Below, piece after piece: positions 42,663 to 56,299 of a stretch of 64,000 nt of DNA. The stretch is from NCBI RefSeq assembly GCF_009914755.1, contig NC_060926.1; one strand, written 5' to 3'. Every line of letters starts with the position of its first letter. Within the stretch, counting starts at the first letter, position 1. Source of the DNA: the human T2T-CHM13v2.0 reference genome, Homo sapiens. The notes below the pieces were generated by a model. The model ran no database searches. It saw only the letters and a program-made list of their open reading frames with translations, and was not told where the DNA came from. The translations under genes and the position numbers were made by a program.

Positions 42663-42954
42663 TTTTTTTTTTTTTAGACAGAGTTTCACTCTGTCACCCA
42701 GGCTAGAGTGCAGTGGCACGATCTCGGCTCACTGCAACCTCCGCCTCCCAGGTTTAAGCAATTCTCTGCCTCAGCCTCCTGAGTAGCTGGAATTACAGGC
42801 ACCCCACCCCCACGCCCGGCTAATTTTTTGTATTTTTAGTAAAGACGGGGTTTCACCATCTGTCCAGGCTGATCTTGAACTCCTGACCTTGTGATCCACC
42901 TGCCTCGGCCTCCCAAAGTGCTGAGATTACAGGCATGAGTCACTGCGCCTGGCC
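42663..42954 (-). mobile_element. AluS (Sg/Sc-like), antisense
   Basis: Poly-T, then AGACAGAGTTTCACTCTGTCACCCAGGCT..GCCTGGCC; TSD TTGTTTTAAAGTTT (42652-42665 / 42955-42968). Confidence 0.95.
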
Positions 42955-44744
42955 TTGTTTTAAAGTTTTATTATTCCTTCTTTCCATCCTTTTAACTTAT
43001 TAGCATGGTCTCTGTTTACTTCAAAGGAAATACACTCATACCTTTTTTGGGTGAGTACAGTGCACCAACTACATCTTTCAGCCTGATGTTGACACATGCT
43101 TAATTACAAAAGCTTCCCAATCTCATTTGTTTGTCTTATCAATGTGAATATAAACAAAGGAGATGATTGAATAGATATTTATATTTTTACCAAAAAAGGT
43201 GTACTAAATAAACTGAATCTGGTGTCCTGCTTATGCAGTCTCAGATGTACCCAGGTTTCCACAGAAGAAGCGCACCTCTCTAGCACAGGACTTGAACTCA
43301 TCCTTGCCACATGGCCTCAGCTCTGCTTCTAACTCAGACAGATTTGTGGGCTTGGAATGTTCCTCTCACCTGACTCAGAAGTTTAATATTTTCCAAGGCT
43401 CAGCTTCCCAACTGATACACCTGCTCCCTAACCAGTCTATGTAATTCTGCTTGGTTTTCCTAGCCTCACAGGCCTGAGGGTCTCTAGTTGTAGTTTCCTA
43501 TTTCCATTTCCATCTCATTGTAGAACAAAACACACCTTCAGGTATTCCTTACTACAAGACCAATGAAATGTCCAAAAGAGACTAAAAGAGATCAGTACTT
43601 TGATCCGCTCAGGCATTCAGTTGCTTTGCCAACCTACTAGAAGCGCACTGATTTTTTGTGTGTCATGAAAACCATTCTTAGCAACACAAAGGAATAAAGA
43701 AAAGTGTTAATGTGATCACTAAGAAGTGGCCAATTGAAGAGGCCACTCAATATTTTAATATATTGATAATGCAAAGATCAGCAATCAAATGGTTAACCTG
43801 AATTTAATGTTATGAATCCTAACTGGCAATTCACTTGGGACCAATTAGAAATACTGAAGAATTAGAACAAATCAATTCCATTGAATTGACTTCAGATCAT
43901 ATGGCTGACAGCTAAGTGCTTTGTGGATTTTTTTTCTCCTTTTCATATAACTAGTAGATCAGTTTTCACCAACTTCCCGTGCCTAGTGCAGTGGTTGACA
44001 GGTCCTATGGGTGGGAATGCCGGGAAACACATTTCAGGGAGAATGAACAGCAGAAAGTAATCATTATACTCAGTGGAAATGTTGCTAGATGCAATTCCTG
44101 CTCCAATTAATAATTAAATATCATTTACATACACTCTTTCATCTAGCCTCACCATGCAATCCTTAGATAATGAGATATAAGATTTTTTTTAAAATTCAGT
44201 GCTGTTGGTAAAACTATTCATAAATACCATTACTGATTTTGAGTTGAGAACAGAATCATACAGCGATGGCTCTTCTTTCTAAGACAGAATGTTTTTAGCT
44301 ACTCTCTTTGGGCCGCTTAAATCTTCAACCATGATTTCATGGTATTTTTGTCATTGGTGACATTAAGAGCAGAACCACTTATGAGGTTCATTTATGACTC
44401 AATGACCCTTCTGATTAATATCACATATGCAAGTAGAGTTTATAGAAATATCATGTAATTACGATGATAGTAAAAATAATGCAGCTGCTTTTTATGGAGT
44501 ATTTACTCTATGCTAGTTGCATCTAGACATTATTTTATTTTAAATGTAATCATCAAAGAAAGAAAAGAAAGGGACCTTGGAGATCTACAACGCTGCGCTC
44601 AGATACGAGATTCATGTATTGTCCCTAACGTAAGCTGACTTTAAAGCTCATCCTCACAGTAGTAACTTTAATTGTGAATGCAAGCGGTAGAGACAGGCAG
44701 AACCAAGCTGAAGAGGTAATTCCAACTTTTACTAGCATTTTTAG

Positions 44745-44916
44745 CCTGGAGCAAGGCCTTTTCTACACTTCAGTTTCTTCATCTGCAAAATAAGGATGGC
44801 AATAATAGGAACTTGATAGGATTGTTGCACAGATGATGCAAGAAACGTGATGTTCAAAGTGCCTGGCTCAAACAAATGTTTTCTGATACTACAAATTGTC
44901 TTATTTATTATTACTG
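44745..44916 (+). mobile_element. MIR SINE
   Basis: CTTCAGTTTCTTCATCTGCAAAATAAGGATGGCAATA..ATAGGATTGTTG..AGTGCCTGGCTCA. Confidence 0.8.
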
Positions 44917-45122
44917 TGCATTCATTCATGCATTCATGTTTCAAATATCTTGTTGCCTATGATTTACTCATTCCTGGGGTGTACACTATAAATGGTCAGT
45001 GCTACACTTTCAGTCGGCAAAGGTATGATTTCAGTAATGCCTGGCTAATTAAGCTCTCCTAAATATACATACCTCATTTGGAATCACCAAAAGCTTTAAA
45101 TCTCATCATGAATGTTTCATTT

Positions 45123-45333
45123 CTGCATTTCTTATGGTAGGCACCAGCCACATGTGACTATTTTAATTTGAAGTTAATTGAAATAAAATAAAAACAAAAC
45201 TGAAAAATCAGTCTCTCCATTATATCAGCTACATTTCAAGTGTTTAATAGGGATGTGTGGCCAGTAGCTGTAGACATGGACAGACAGCTATATAACATTC
45301 CCATCATGGCAGAAAATTCCATTGAACAGTAAT
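45123..45333 (-). mobile_element. MER3 (hAT-Charlie MITE)
   Basis: AGCCACATGTGACTATTT..ACATTTCAAGTG..TGTGGCCAGTAGCT..AACATTCCCATCATGGCAGAAAATTCCATTGAACAG. Confidence 0.8.
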
Positions 45334-46758
45334 AATTAACAATCGTTTCATATTAAAGTGCAAGTAACCAATAAATTATTCAGTATTTATACCTTTGGGT
45401 CAAAGTCAGTTTAGATACTTTTCTAAGACCCTATTTTAATACAGAGAAAGGAGAAGGAAATATGAAGGCACTGGGGAAATCTTCCAGACCTTTTCATTTC
45501 AGACATATTCAACTTTGGTGCTATGCGTGCACACTCACAGCATATGAAATTAAGTCTGTAGATCTGACACCTTTGAAAGAAAAACCTCTGTGTTTCCCGA
45601 TCTTACCATTTTAATTAGCACACCACTGTTTGGCGTTACCCAAGGATATTGGTGTGAGCTAACCTCACTCATGAGGAAAAGACATCAGCCTGAGAACAAA
45701 TGCTCCTGAATCAAGAGGAGAAATCAATCTCAGAGGGCTTGGGAGAAGGGATATTGTCTGAAATGCTCCTTTTGCCCTTATGTTTATCCCTCCCTCCCAT
45801 ATATCAGGAACAGCACAAACCTTTGAAGGCTCCAGATATTATGCTTTGGTAAGATGAGAACTTGCTGTCAAAAATGGACCCGAGTCCCGTTACGTGTTCA
45901 TACACACATACCCACAATTTTAAAAAAATTAAACAATAACAACCAAAGAAGCCAGCAACTCTATTTGAACAGATCTTATCTTACTTTCCAAATGAAGGCA
46001 AAACTCATCACTTCCCAGGTTTGAACAGCTGAGACCCATCAACCAACGGAAAACAATTTGTTCAGAGGCGAAGCTGTCACCAACTATTACCACGTGGAAC
46101 GTGAAGAGCTGCTATAGACCTCAGCTCCCTGATTCTGGAAGGCCTGCTCCCATTTCACTTGACAGCTGTGGACATTGGAATAATACAAAACATAACCTAA
46201 TCAACAGACTGTGAAAAATCTGAAAGCTACAGACAGATGTTCAACCACCATCACCACCTTTCATATTTAATTATATTTATGTGGGGGAAAAACAAGCAGT
46301 GAGTCAACTCCTTTAAGAAGCTCTACTTGACTGTAAACTTAGTAATAGGATAGGTATGGCTTTCTCAGTCAAACAATGGGCTGCAAATGGCCTAAATCTA
46401 AGCTCTGGTGGCAGATGGGCCTATGCCGAATCAGCCTGTGTTCCATACTACAGTCTGCATGCTTTCTCTTACTTTCAGAGATATCTCATTCACCTTCACT
46501 TTTCCTTACCAGACTAGCCTGCCAATGTCAAATCTATATCCAGCAGTGGCTGAATGAAGTTAGCATACGCTAGTCACTGCCAAGCAGACTGAGGGTAAAT
46601 ACATTTTTTTCTGACTTGAAAAACAAACAAACACACAAATTTTCCTTTCTCTATTTTAATCCACAAAGATCTCAAAGAAATATCAGAAATGAAAAAGAAA
46701 AATACTATATTATCTACTATAGTGTTCCATATCAGGAAGTGACTTGTTATAAGTTAAG

Positions 46759-47076
46759 CAGGGGTCACAAAGTTGCCTGCTGATAAATTAAATGAATGAA
46801 ATGACTTTAGTTTCCTCATTAGGGGCCCCAAAGAGAGTTAAGGGACCTGTAGAAAACTGAGGAATTCATGCCTGTTCTGTAGTTCAGCCCTTTAATACCA
46901 CTTAGGAATGTGGTTCACATATAGATCAACTGGAGAGATGCAAGAAATCCAAGATTGTATATAAAATATAATTTCTAAATATTGGCAATTAATCATATTT
47001 TCCCAACATAATCCACGGTGTGGAGGCCCAATAAAATGTGTATATTCTAAATATAAACTGACTTTTGCAAGCTTTG
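46759..47076 (+). mobile_element. Charlie18a-like hAT element
   Basis: CAGGGGTCACAAAG start, GGAATGTGG, GAAATCCAAGATTGTATATAAAAT..AAATATTGGCAATTAAT, TTTGCAAGCTTTG end. Confidence 0.55.
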
Positions 47077-47174
47077 ACTTAAAAGAGTTCAGAACTACTA
47101 ACTTTTACAAAATATTGTTTTTCATAAGAGGTAATGACAAAAATAAGTCTATGTTCCTACCGGGCAGCAAGAAT

Positions 47175-47400
47175 TAGTGAAACAGCCACTGAGCTAAAAT
47201 TGAGAAGACTAATGTCCTGCCAAGCTCTTGCATTTATAATCTGAGTGACTTTGGGCAGATCACACATACAATCAGTGTCTCAGTTTCCTCCTATTAAATT
47301 AGAGTCTCACCTGCCATATCTCCTTTATGTTTTTCGGATATCAAATAATGAATGCACTTTTACAATTGCCAAATGTTCTATTTCAAGGAAATATTATCTA
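47175..47400 (+). mobile_element. MIR SINE
   Basis: GTGACTTTGGGCAGATCAC..GTCTCAGTTTCCTC. Confidence 0.7.
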
Positions 47401-49544
47401 TTAATTTTTCTACAAGTTATTAATAAAAATATCCAATGTTTATCATGTACAGTACTCCCTCTATCCATCTGGAAGGGGTAGCTCTTAAGTACTAATAGAT
47501 GTAATTCGAATCATACTGTGAAATTCAAAGTAAAAATAATATATACTTCTGCCATTAATTTAAGCAATTCCCTTAATGTCTATGGGGATAAGTTTTCCTG
47601 TTGTCAAATATAATATTGATACTCTCTATCTTTATTCCAGGAATATTATGAAGCTAAAATGAATTAAAAGATATTAGGAAACAAACAAAGTAATACTGGA
47701 AGGTAGCATTTTCAATTTTGATGACTATTATTAACAATTTTTCTTTCAAAGGTAATTGTTTTCCATGGAAAAGGAAAACAATGCTATCACTAATTACCTT
47801 AATATTAATATTATGCATAATGATTTATCACATGCCAATTATACAACAAAAATGTATATATTATAAAATATCTCTACAAGCTCTGTGAGATAGACACTCT
47901 TGCTGACCCCGCTAAAATCCACAACTCTTCCCCCTCCCTTTTTTTTCTTTTGCTAAGAATTGAGTAGTTTTATTTGAGGCAGCAGTATTCCCAGCCCCAT
48001 TCTCCACACTTTCTTTCTTAGAGTCCCTTGCAGGAAGGGGTAGACACATAGCAAACAGTTCACATTATGCCAGAGAAGTGAAGTCCATGGGGGTTATAGG
48101 AAGGTTTTGCTTTATCTATGTAAGGCAACAGGGGGCTGAAACTTTCATTCTTGTTTCTGCTCCAGACTTTTCCTATAGTTCCAGAGGCAGTGAAAAGGAT
48201 AGGGAAAAGCTAAGCAAATTGTAGATTTGTTGTGAGTGAAATTTTCAAATAAGGAAACCAGTGCTGGCAGTTGACAAAGTCCACATTTCTTTTTGTGTGA
48301 GATCTATATTCCCCAACTTATTCACATCTCTGTAAATTATTCCTTTTATTTTTGACACTCAGCAATCTTAGATGAAAACCCATCCATTTAATTATAACTC
48401 CATGATGTTAAGCCCTATTCTGCAAGACATGGAAGCCCACATTTGAACAATGAAATGAGAGAAGTCATTAATCTTTCTGGAAACTAATTCTTCCATCAAT
48501 AAAATGGGGGTTATAACAAAAACTTCAATCATTTTTGTAAGAATCAACAGAAGAGTTTATATAAAACTATTCCATGAAAACTAAAAAGGGCAATAGAAAT
48601 CAGGTCTTTAGTATTGTTCATGCACATTAAAACTTCACAGATTCTGCTGATTATAAAATATGATTTTAGAATATTGTGGCACATTTCCTAAATATTCCAC
48701 CCATGGAAAATCAGTGATGTCTGAGTATATTTAATGGTTCCTTCAAGTTCCTTCAAAAAAGCTACAGATTATCTAATGTCCTTCTATTACATTGGACTAT
48801 CTTTGGAATATGCTTTCTTGGTCCTTGTTCAAATCCACAGACCAGTCAAAATATCACAATATTGCCTCTTCAGCTTTCCTATGCAGAGAATTCAGGAAGA
48901 TTTGTGAGGCCTTGAGTTTCCCTCACATATTATAGAAGGTATAAAGGTATTTCACAGCAGAAGATATACAGGACAGCAGGCTGAATAGCCAGACAGTTAA
49001 ATAAGAAGTGCTGAGACAGATTCTAATGTTTGAAAGTGCAAGGGCCAGTGAGGACAGTGATGTCAAATACTTGTAGTGGAGAACGAGAGTTGAGAGAGAA
49101 CAGCGCACTGAGCATCCTCTATTATTAGCAGCCAAATTAAACATGTAGCATACCTCATTTAATCCACACAGAAATTGAGAGATAGCTATCTACACTTGAG
49201 TTATACAAATGAATATTAGAGTGGTTTGCTTCTTTGCCCAAAATTACAAAAATTTGAAAAAGCATACTTAGAATCCCAATCTAGGTGATGTGAACTCAGA
49301 CCATTAAGATATATTTCCTTCCAGTTCCCATAACTGAACAGAGATGGGTCAACTGCTACCAGGTGTCCACAAAGACATGAGGATATGTACAGAGCCATTC
49401 TTCTAGGAGTTAGCAGATGAAATTACTAAGGACAGATTTTGATCTATGAGTGACTGGCATGCCTGAGATTGCAATGGTATTTTCTGGTAGGGATGCTTCA
49501 CAAATACTGGGTTAAATGAGTAACACAGATATGTGCTAGTTTTC

Positions 49545-49740
49545 AGTTGGTGCAGTGTAAAAATTTAAAGTTCAGGCCCTGCATTCAGACTGGGTTTGGA
49601 TCTGGAGTCTGCCACTTACTAATTGCGTGAACCAGGACATTAATTTAAAATTTTTGCTTCAGAGTTCTCATTGTTAAAGTGGGAATAGTATCAATTCTGC
49701 CTCATAGATTGATTGTTGGAATTAAACAGAGTAATTAATT
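49545..49740 (+). mobile_element. MIR SINE
   Basis: CAGACTGGGTTTGGATCT..TCTGCCACTTACTAATTGCGTGA..CCTCATAGATTG. Confidence 0.75.
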
Positions 49741-49948
49741 TTAGCAGTTATCTTTAAGGGAAACTTAAGACTGCTAGAGCTTCATTGTGTTTATTTGGTG
49801 TCTAAATTTACTTTAATCTGGAGGGCAATGAAGGCAAAAAGGCAAAATGAACTTTAGAAATGCATACATCACAATTCATCTTGTCAAAAATTTTTCTTCA
49901 GGGAATGTAAATTAGATGTATTTGAAATTAATAATTTAAGATATATAG

Positions 49949-50304
<356 letters not shown>

Positions 50305-53300
50305 GATATTCATATTATAAGTTACAAATTATAACAGACAGCTTTGGTGGGTAACTGCTTAGGCTATACTTCTCTTAAGAGAATTGCTCCTGGTCATGCT
50401 TGGTGAAATGGAGCAGCCAGGTCAGAACTGGATGACCCATCTCTCCCACCATCGCAGATTGAACTATTTACCCAGTTTTGCCTAAAAGACTGTATCTCCC
50501 AGGAAGTTAAAATTGGAACTCAGAGAATGTAGTCAATTTCTGTCAGACACTTGAACTTGGAATATGTGCAATATTGGGGCTGGGACAGTCTGGTAAAGGC
50601 TGAAGCAGCAAAGTAGAAAAGGCAGGTTGGCCGAGAATAATGAAAAACTGAAGTCATGTCTGGAGCCAGGCAGCTGGGACCAAGTCAGGACTCTACTTTT
50701 TGTTATTTGCCAGTTTGTGTGACCTTAAGCAAGTGACATAACTTCTCTCTACTCAGTTTATTCTCTCATTGTGATGACTGAATGAGTCAGGATAGGTGAA
50801 GCACCTGGAAGGGGACTCAGGAACCTGGTACAGGCTCTAGAGTGTTATCTCATCTCTAATTATGGGTCTCCTCTTATTCTACTGTCATATGTGTGTATTC
50901 ATCTGCGTGGGTGATCTGTTATCACAAGTTGCAAGTTGGGGTGTGAAGGGGCACCTTGTTCCACGATAACTTTCTAGCTTCTCGACCTGGTCCTGCACAA
51001 TGGGACTTCATGTTTTTGGATTCCTTGAAATCACCCTATATGCTTCCAATAAATTATCTTTTTCCCTTCTATTAATAATAGTTTCAGGCTCTGTAAATAC
51101 TTAATCTCTGAAGAAGAAACACCAATTTGCACTGCCCTTTGGGATAATTTGAACAACGTGTTCCTGACATTTAGGTGAACAATTCGGTATCAAGCATACC
51201 CTTGCTACTCCTGATGTAGAGGTTGTTATTGGATACGTATAGAAATTTTGTAGTGCTCTATTAGAACAGTAATAATCAAAGAGAGTGCTAGGCATGAGAG
51301 TGATATGAAACTCACAGATCATAAAGATGCCTCCAAATTATTATTATAATCTACATCTAAAATCATTTCTGTTTCATAGCTCCCTCTGGTAAAAAAATAA
51401 AACTCGTAATTCAGTTAGGTAGTTTCTAGATGTAGAGGCTATTGAAAGAATCTCAAAACATATTCCCTAAGACCCTCTTATGGGTAAGACTGACATAATC
51501 ATAAAAAATAAAAATGCTATTAAATAGACTATAAATTTCAAAATGATACAGAAATGCAATAACCAGCCAGAGATTTGAAGGAAATAATAAAAGCAAACAA
51601 AAACTAAATAGACCCTTCCTCCAGTAGAGATAATACCAAAGCCACAAGACAAGGGTCAAGGAGCTCCTACAGTATCACCTAGTTCAGGTAAGACTTAGGG
51701 CTTTAAAGTGGGTCAGATGAATTGTTACATGGGCAGCCAAACTACAGTGCTTATAAATGTGCTTATAATGATTTCATTAGGAATTTAAGTAAAAGCATTG
51801 CAAAATAGATATTTCATTTTTTTTGTATACAATATAAATGCACTTTGCTAGAACCTAAAAGAAAATCTGTTTGTAAAATGTATGCAAACTCTTCCCATAA
51901 ATCTAAATCAGGGATGATTTCTGGCTTTGAAGCTATGTTGTAATGTGCAATGCATTGCAATATGAGATGTTGGTGAAACAAGGAATAAAATCAATTAAGA
52001 AAATTTAGTCTGCACTGTAAAGCCTAACTAAGCAAATAAAAAAAACAAAGTTCTTTGTAAAACCTTTAGAGACAAGCTGATCATTGCATTTGCGGCACTA
52101 TTATTAAAAGCATTTATTTCATTGTAAGTACTTCTTCATGCCACCCAGACAGGTGCCTTAGCCACAATTTATGAGCAGTTATACAAGCTGAGCTCACTGT
52201 CATGAGCCAATTACAATACCTTTTTCACAAATATATAACATGCCACGGTGTTATTCACATGGCATTCACCAGCCATGCTCACCAATGAGTACCAAGCTCC
52301 CAGGGTCAATGGCACCTGATATATCTGTCATAGAGATACTGAGATTCCCCCTAGGTAGCCAGAAGTATCACCTCTCATAGAAGGGTGGGAGCAGTTGATG
52401 ATGGTTCAAATGTGGTATAATTCTCTGATCCGTGAAATCTTACAGTCAAAGTTTCTTTCATTTATTAGTCCATTTTTGACTTTTTTGACCTGTTTGTGGG
52501 ATGTCCACAGGGCTAGGACTCACAAAAAGATTCTCATTTCAATTTTCATTGTATTGATGAAGAAACAGAGGATTGGAAAGCTGTAGCAACTTCTTGTGGT
52601 TACCCAGAGGCATGAGATGCAGATGGGATTCAAATTTCCTTCGGTCATACTGAATCTTCTTCAGCTCATTCCCAGGAATCCTTATATGCCTCTATTCTAC
52701 CTGAAAATTATTTTGGAGTTTTTCAAGCTTGATCTCCAATCTATCTGGCCACTGCTGATCAGTAAGAAACTCCCTTATCTGAGAAAGAAGCACCAGAGAA
52801 GTTGGTAGGAATGAAAACAACCATGTTCTATGCCACTCCCTTCTCCAAGCTTTTAATAACTATTTTTTTGGACTTCTAGGGAGAAAATTAGACATTGCAA
52901 ATCATTCTGCTTCTGCAGCTACAGAATTACCTGAGGGAAAAGGTACTGTTAAAGTCTACTATTTCACGGCATCAGATCATTCTCTTAGCAAGAGCAAAGG
53001 AAACTGTTAGGGCTACAAATCGTATAACTACAATAGGTCCTAAAGTCACACATGTTTTAAAACATGTCAGAAGCACCACAGACTGCAGCAGGAATATCGT
53101 TTTTACCTGAATTTCTAAAACATGCAGTAACATTTATAGGAAGAAGGGAAAACTTACCATACTTTCTGGGAGGTTGTAGTGGTAGGAAACACATTATAGC
53201 AAAGAATTACCTGTTGTTACCTCTCCTATTAGGATAGAGATGTATTAAATATTTCTACTGCACTTTCTACCAAAAAGTGGGTAATGGGAGGTGTGCGTCA

Positions 53301-53957
53301 TAAGGAACACCACTTCATAAGTCCCTTCAGATCTGCACACAGCTTTTGAAGTTCTCCTGCTCAGGTCTGCAATCCCACACAGGATAAATCACTGCTGAGG
53401 CTCATGTCCCCAACAGGGGGCTGTTAATTAGTTTTAAAGGCTCCTGCAGTTCCTCTACTGTTTCCAGGAAGTATGCAAACCCAGAAATATATAAAAATCC
53501 ATTGTTTTTTTTTAATGGTCAGCCCAGGCTGAGATTTTATGAGCTTCCCATGGCTGTATAAAAGTTAAGCTATATGCAAATGTGCAAAGAGAAGGCTGTT
53601 AAAATTGACTGGGATAAATGCTTTGTTTATCCTGCAGCTGGAATAGAGTGAAACTCCACTGAAATGGAAGGGGAAAAGAGGCCAAATACCATGTGTATCC
53701 ACGTGTGAGGCTGGGGCAGGGGAGAGCTGCTCTGCATCTCTGGATTCATTCTAGTTTGCATCCAGCCCAGCTTTGGAGCTGTGTTTTGTACTCCCAGAGA
53801 GCAAAGTTTTTTCATCCTCAAACATAGTAGACTAGGAATAGAAAACCTGAGAATTCTAGCATCTTAGAACTGGTGTGGAGCTCAGAGAAGGGCATCTTCT
53901 CCCTCCCTCCCATATCACAAGCACAAAAAATGAGATCCACAAGAGCCAACCTCAAAA

Positions 53958-54208
53958 TCATAGGTGGGAATTGAACAATGAGAACACATGGACACAGGAA
54001 GGGGAACATCACACACCAGGGACTGTTGTGGGGTGGGGGGAGTGGGGAGGGATAGCATTAGGAGATATACCTAATGCTAAATGACGAGTTAATGGGTGCA
54101 GCACACCAACATGGCACATGTATACATATGTAACAAACCTGCACGTTGTGCACATGTACCCTAAAACTTAAAGTATAATAATAATAAAATAAAAAATAGA
54201 AAAAAAAT
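53958..54208 (+). mobile_element. L1PA (PA4-like) 3' end, heavily 5'-truncated
   Basis: Near-consensus L1PA 3'UTR: CATAGGTGGGAATTGAACAATGAGAACAC..G-tract..CTAATGCTAAATGACGAGTTAATGGGTGCAGCACACCAACATGG..AAAGTATAATAA plus A tail. Confidence 0.95.
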
Positions 54209-54221
54209 CTTAAAAAAAGTC

Positions 54222-54310
54222 AACATATATAAAAACAACACATTGTACCCTAAATATATATGCATATATAATTATTTGTTAATGAAAAACAAATAAAAAT
54301 AAATTTTAAG
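54222..54310 (+). mobile_element. L1MA-type 3' tail fragment
   Basis: AAAACAACACATTGTACCCTAAATATATA..AATTATTTGTTAAT..AAATAAAA. Confidence 0.55.
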
Positions 54311-54524
54311 AATAAATGAAATAAAAAAGTACTCATGACAGCCCTCGTCACTGCTTATTAGATCCAGCAGATACCGTAGAGATAACTTAATCAAGTCAAA
54401 AACACATTGGATTTGATTCCCAGTTTAACAAATATTTATTAATCATCTACTAGGTACCAGGGACTGTGCTCTGAACATTGAAGACTCTGAACAATCTCAG
54501 GTCTCAAAGAACTTGTTTGAGTTT

Positions 54525-54632
54525 TTAAATTTTTAAATTACATTTTCACTGATGTATAATTTAGATACAATAAGATGCATAGATCTTAAATGTACAGTTT
54601 GATGAGTTTTGACAAGTGTAAATACCTGTGAG
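54525..54632 (-). mobile_element. L1M 3' end, antisense
   Basis: TGTATAATTTAGATACAATAAGATGCATAGATCTTAAATGTACAGTTTGATGAGTTTTGACAAGTGTA. Confidence 0.8.
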
Positions 54633-56299
54633 ATTATGTCAATGAACACACACACATCCCCCACAGACACATGCAAAATTATGACATTATTTCTTTGTTT
54701 ATAACTGATTTAAAATATATTCCTGAGTTGGGAACTTTAATTCTCATTTTTTTAAATCCTAAAAGCCCACAACCGTCAAGTTATCCAAGAGGTCAGTAGA
54801 ATATTGTGCACACATGCACACACACACAAACCTTTCTTCTTACTGTGATAAAATATCATCCCTGTGAAGTTGTATCATCTCTCTTTTTTTCTGCATATCA
54901 GTAGATAACACTTCCAAGAAAGTGGGACATTAGTGTTATAACCGCTAATGTATAGTGGTAGCTCCATAAGGGATATAATTGACTTTTTCCCACTCATCCT
55001 CACCAAAAAATCTTGGACTAGGCACAATGATTACCCATTACACAGAGGCCTCTGAGGCATAGAAAGTTCAATTGCCTCATCAAGTAGGTGGCAGGAGAAC
55101 ACAATGAACCCCGATTTTCTGACTCTAGAGTCTAAGTTTCTTAACTTCACACAAGATGGTCTCCCATGATAAGATAAGCACCTGTGTAAAGACTAAAGTT
55201 TGTTTATTTGTTTGTTTGTTTTTTCTGAGTCCCTAAATCTATAACCAGAGCCACAGCTTGGTCACATAGGGCAATCCTAATACCTAAAATAATACAGAAT
55301 TCAAGATTCTTTTGAATTTAAAATAATAGCTAAGTATGTAGGTTTTTTCAAACAGCTAAAATGTAGATAACTAAATGCCAGAACAATACTAAGATTCACT
55401 TTTTAGCCAATAAATGAAATGAAAGAAAATATCTGGTATACTCCCACATATACTCTTAATTGATTTACAGTCACCCTTGACTCCAGCCCTTTCCCTTTGG
55501 TTAATTTCATAAAGATTCCTCTTCCTTTTGCAGTAATCCAAGTTTCAAAACCTGTATTTTTTTTCTATATTTATGGTTATATAATTTACATCCTTAGGCA
55601 ATACTGGACAACTTAGAGAACTCAATGATTTCAGGTAACATAAATAATACCCCAAATCTCCCAACTACATAAGACAGTTTTCATTAGTGATCTCTTTCGG
55701 ATAAGAGAAGTGGATAGGCATATCCTAATTTGCCTTGGTATTACCACTGCTTTACCCAACTTATCTGGCATTTTTCTATTACTTTTTAAAGATAATTAAG
55801 CCAAGATGTTCAGAGTTATCAAGTGGAATTTTTAAAAACTTACACAATGAAAAGCAAGAGGGCTTTAATATTTTCATCTCAGATACACAGTATATTTAAA
55901 AACCTTTCTTAAAAAAATTAGATGATTATCAGGGATGAGCAAGTCCAGTTGAAGGTGGTAATGGGCAGAGTCCAGTGAGGCAGATGGCCATATGGAGGGC
56001 CAGTTCCCCAGCAATTGAGGAATAATCACCAGCCAATGGGGAAGGGTTGAATATTTAGTACAGGTAGTTGGAAAATTATCTAATTGGATAATCCTTACAA
56101 CATGCCACCTAGATATACAGAGATACATACTTTCCAGGTAATTTAAGAAATTACTTCTAAAAAGTAAAAATATAAAATTCTACAATCATCCATAAATAAA
56201 TATTCCACTCACATCAAGGATAACTTGAGGGTTGTGGGCCCTCAAAGACAAAAGAAAGAGAAGTAAAAACATCAGCTCAAGAATATATATTAAATAGAT

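Noticed and set aside
49090-49112. REST/RE1 half-site-like GAACAGCGC
   Set aside because: The left half-site (TTCAGCACC) is absent.
54030-54051. G-quadruplex-forming G-tract
   Set aside because: Standard feature of the L1PA 3'UTR.
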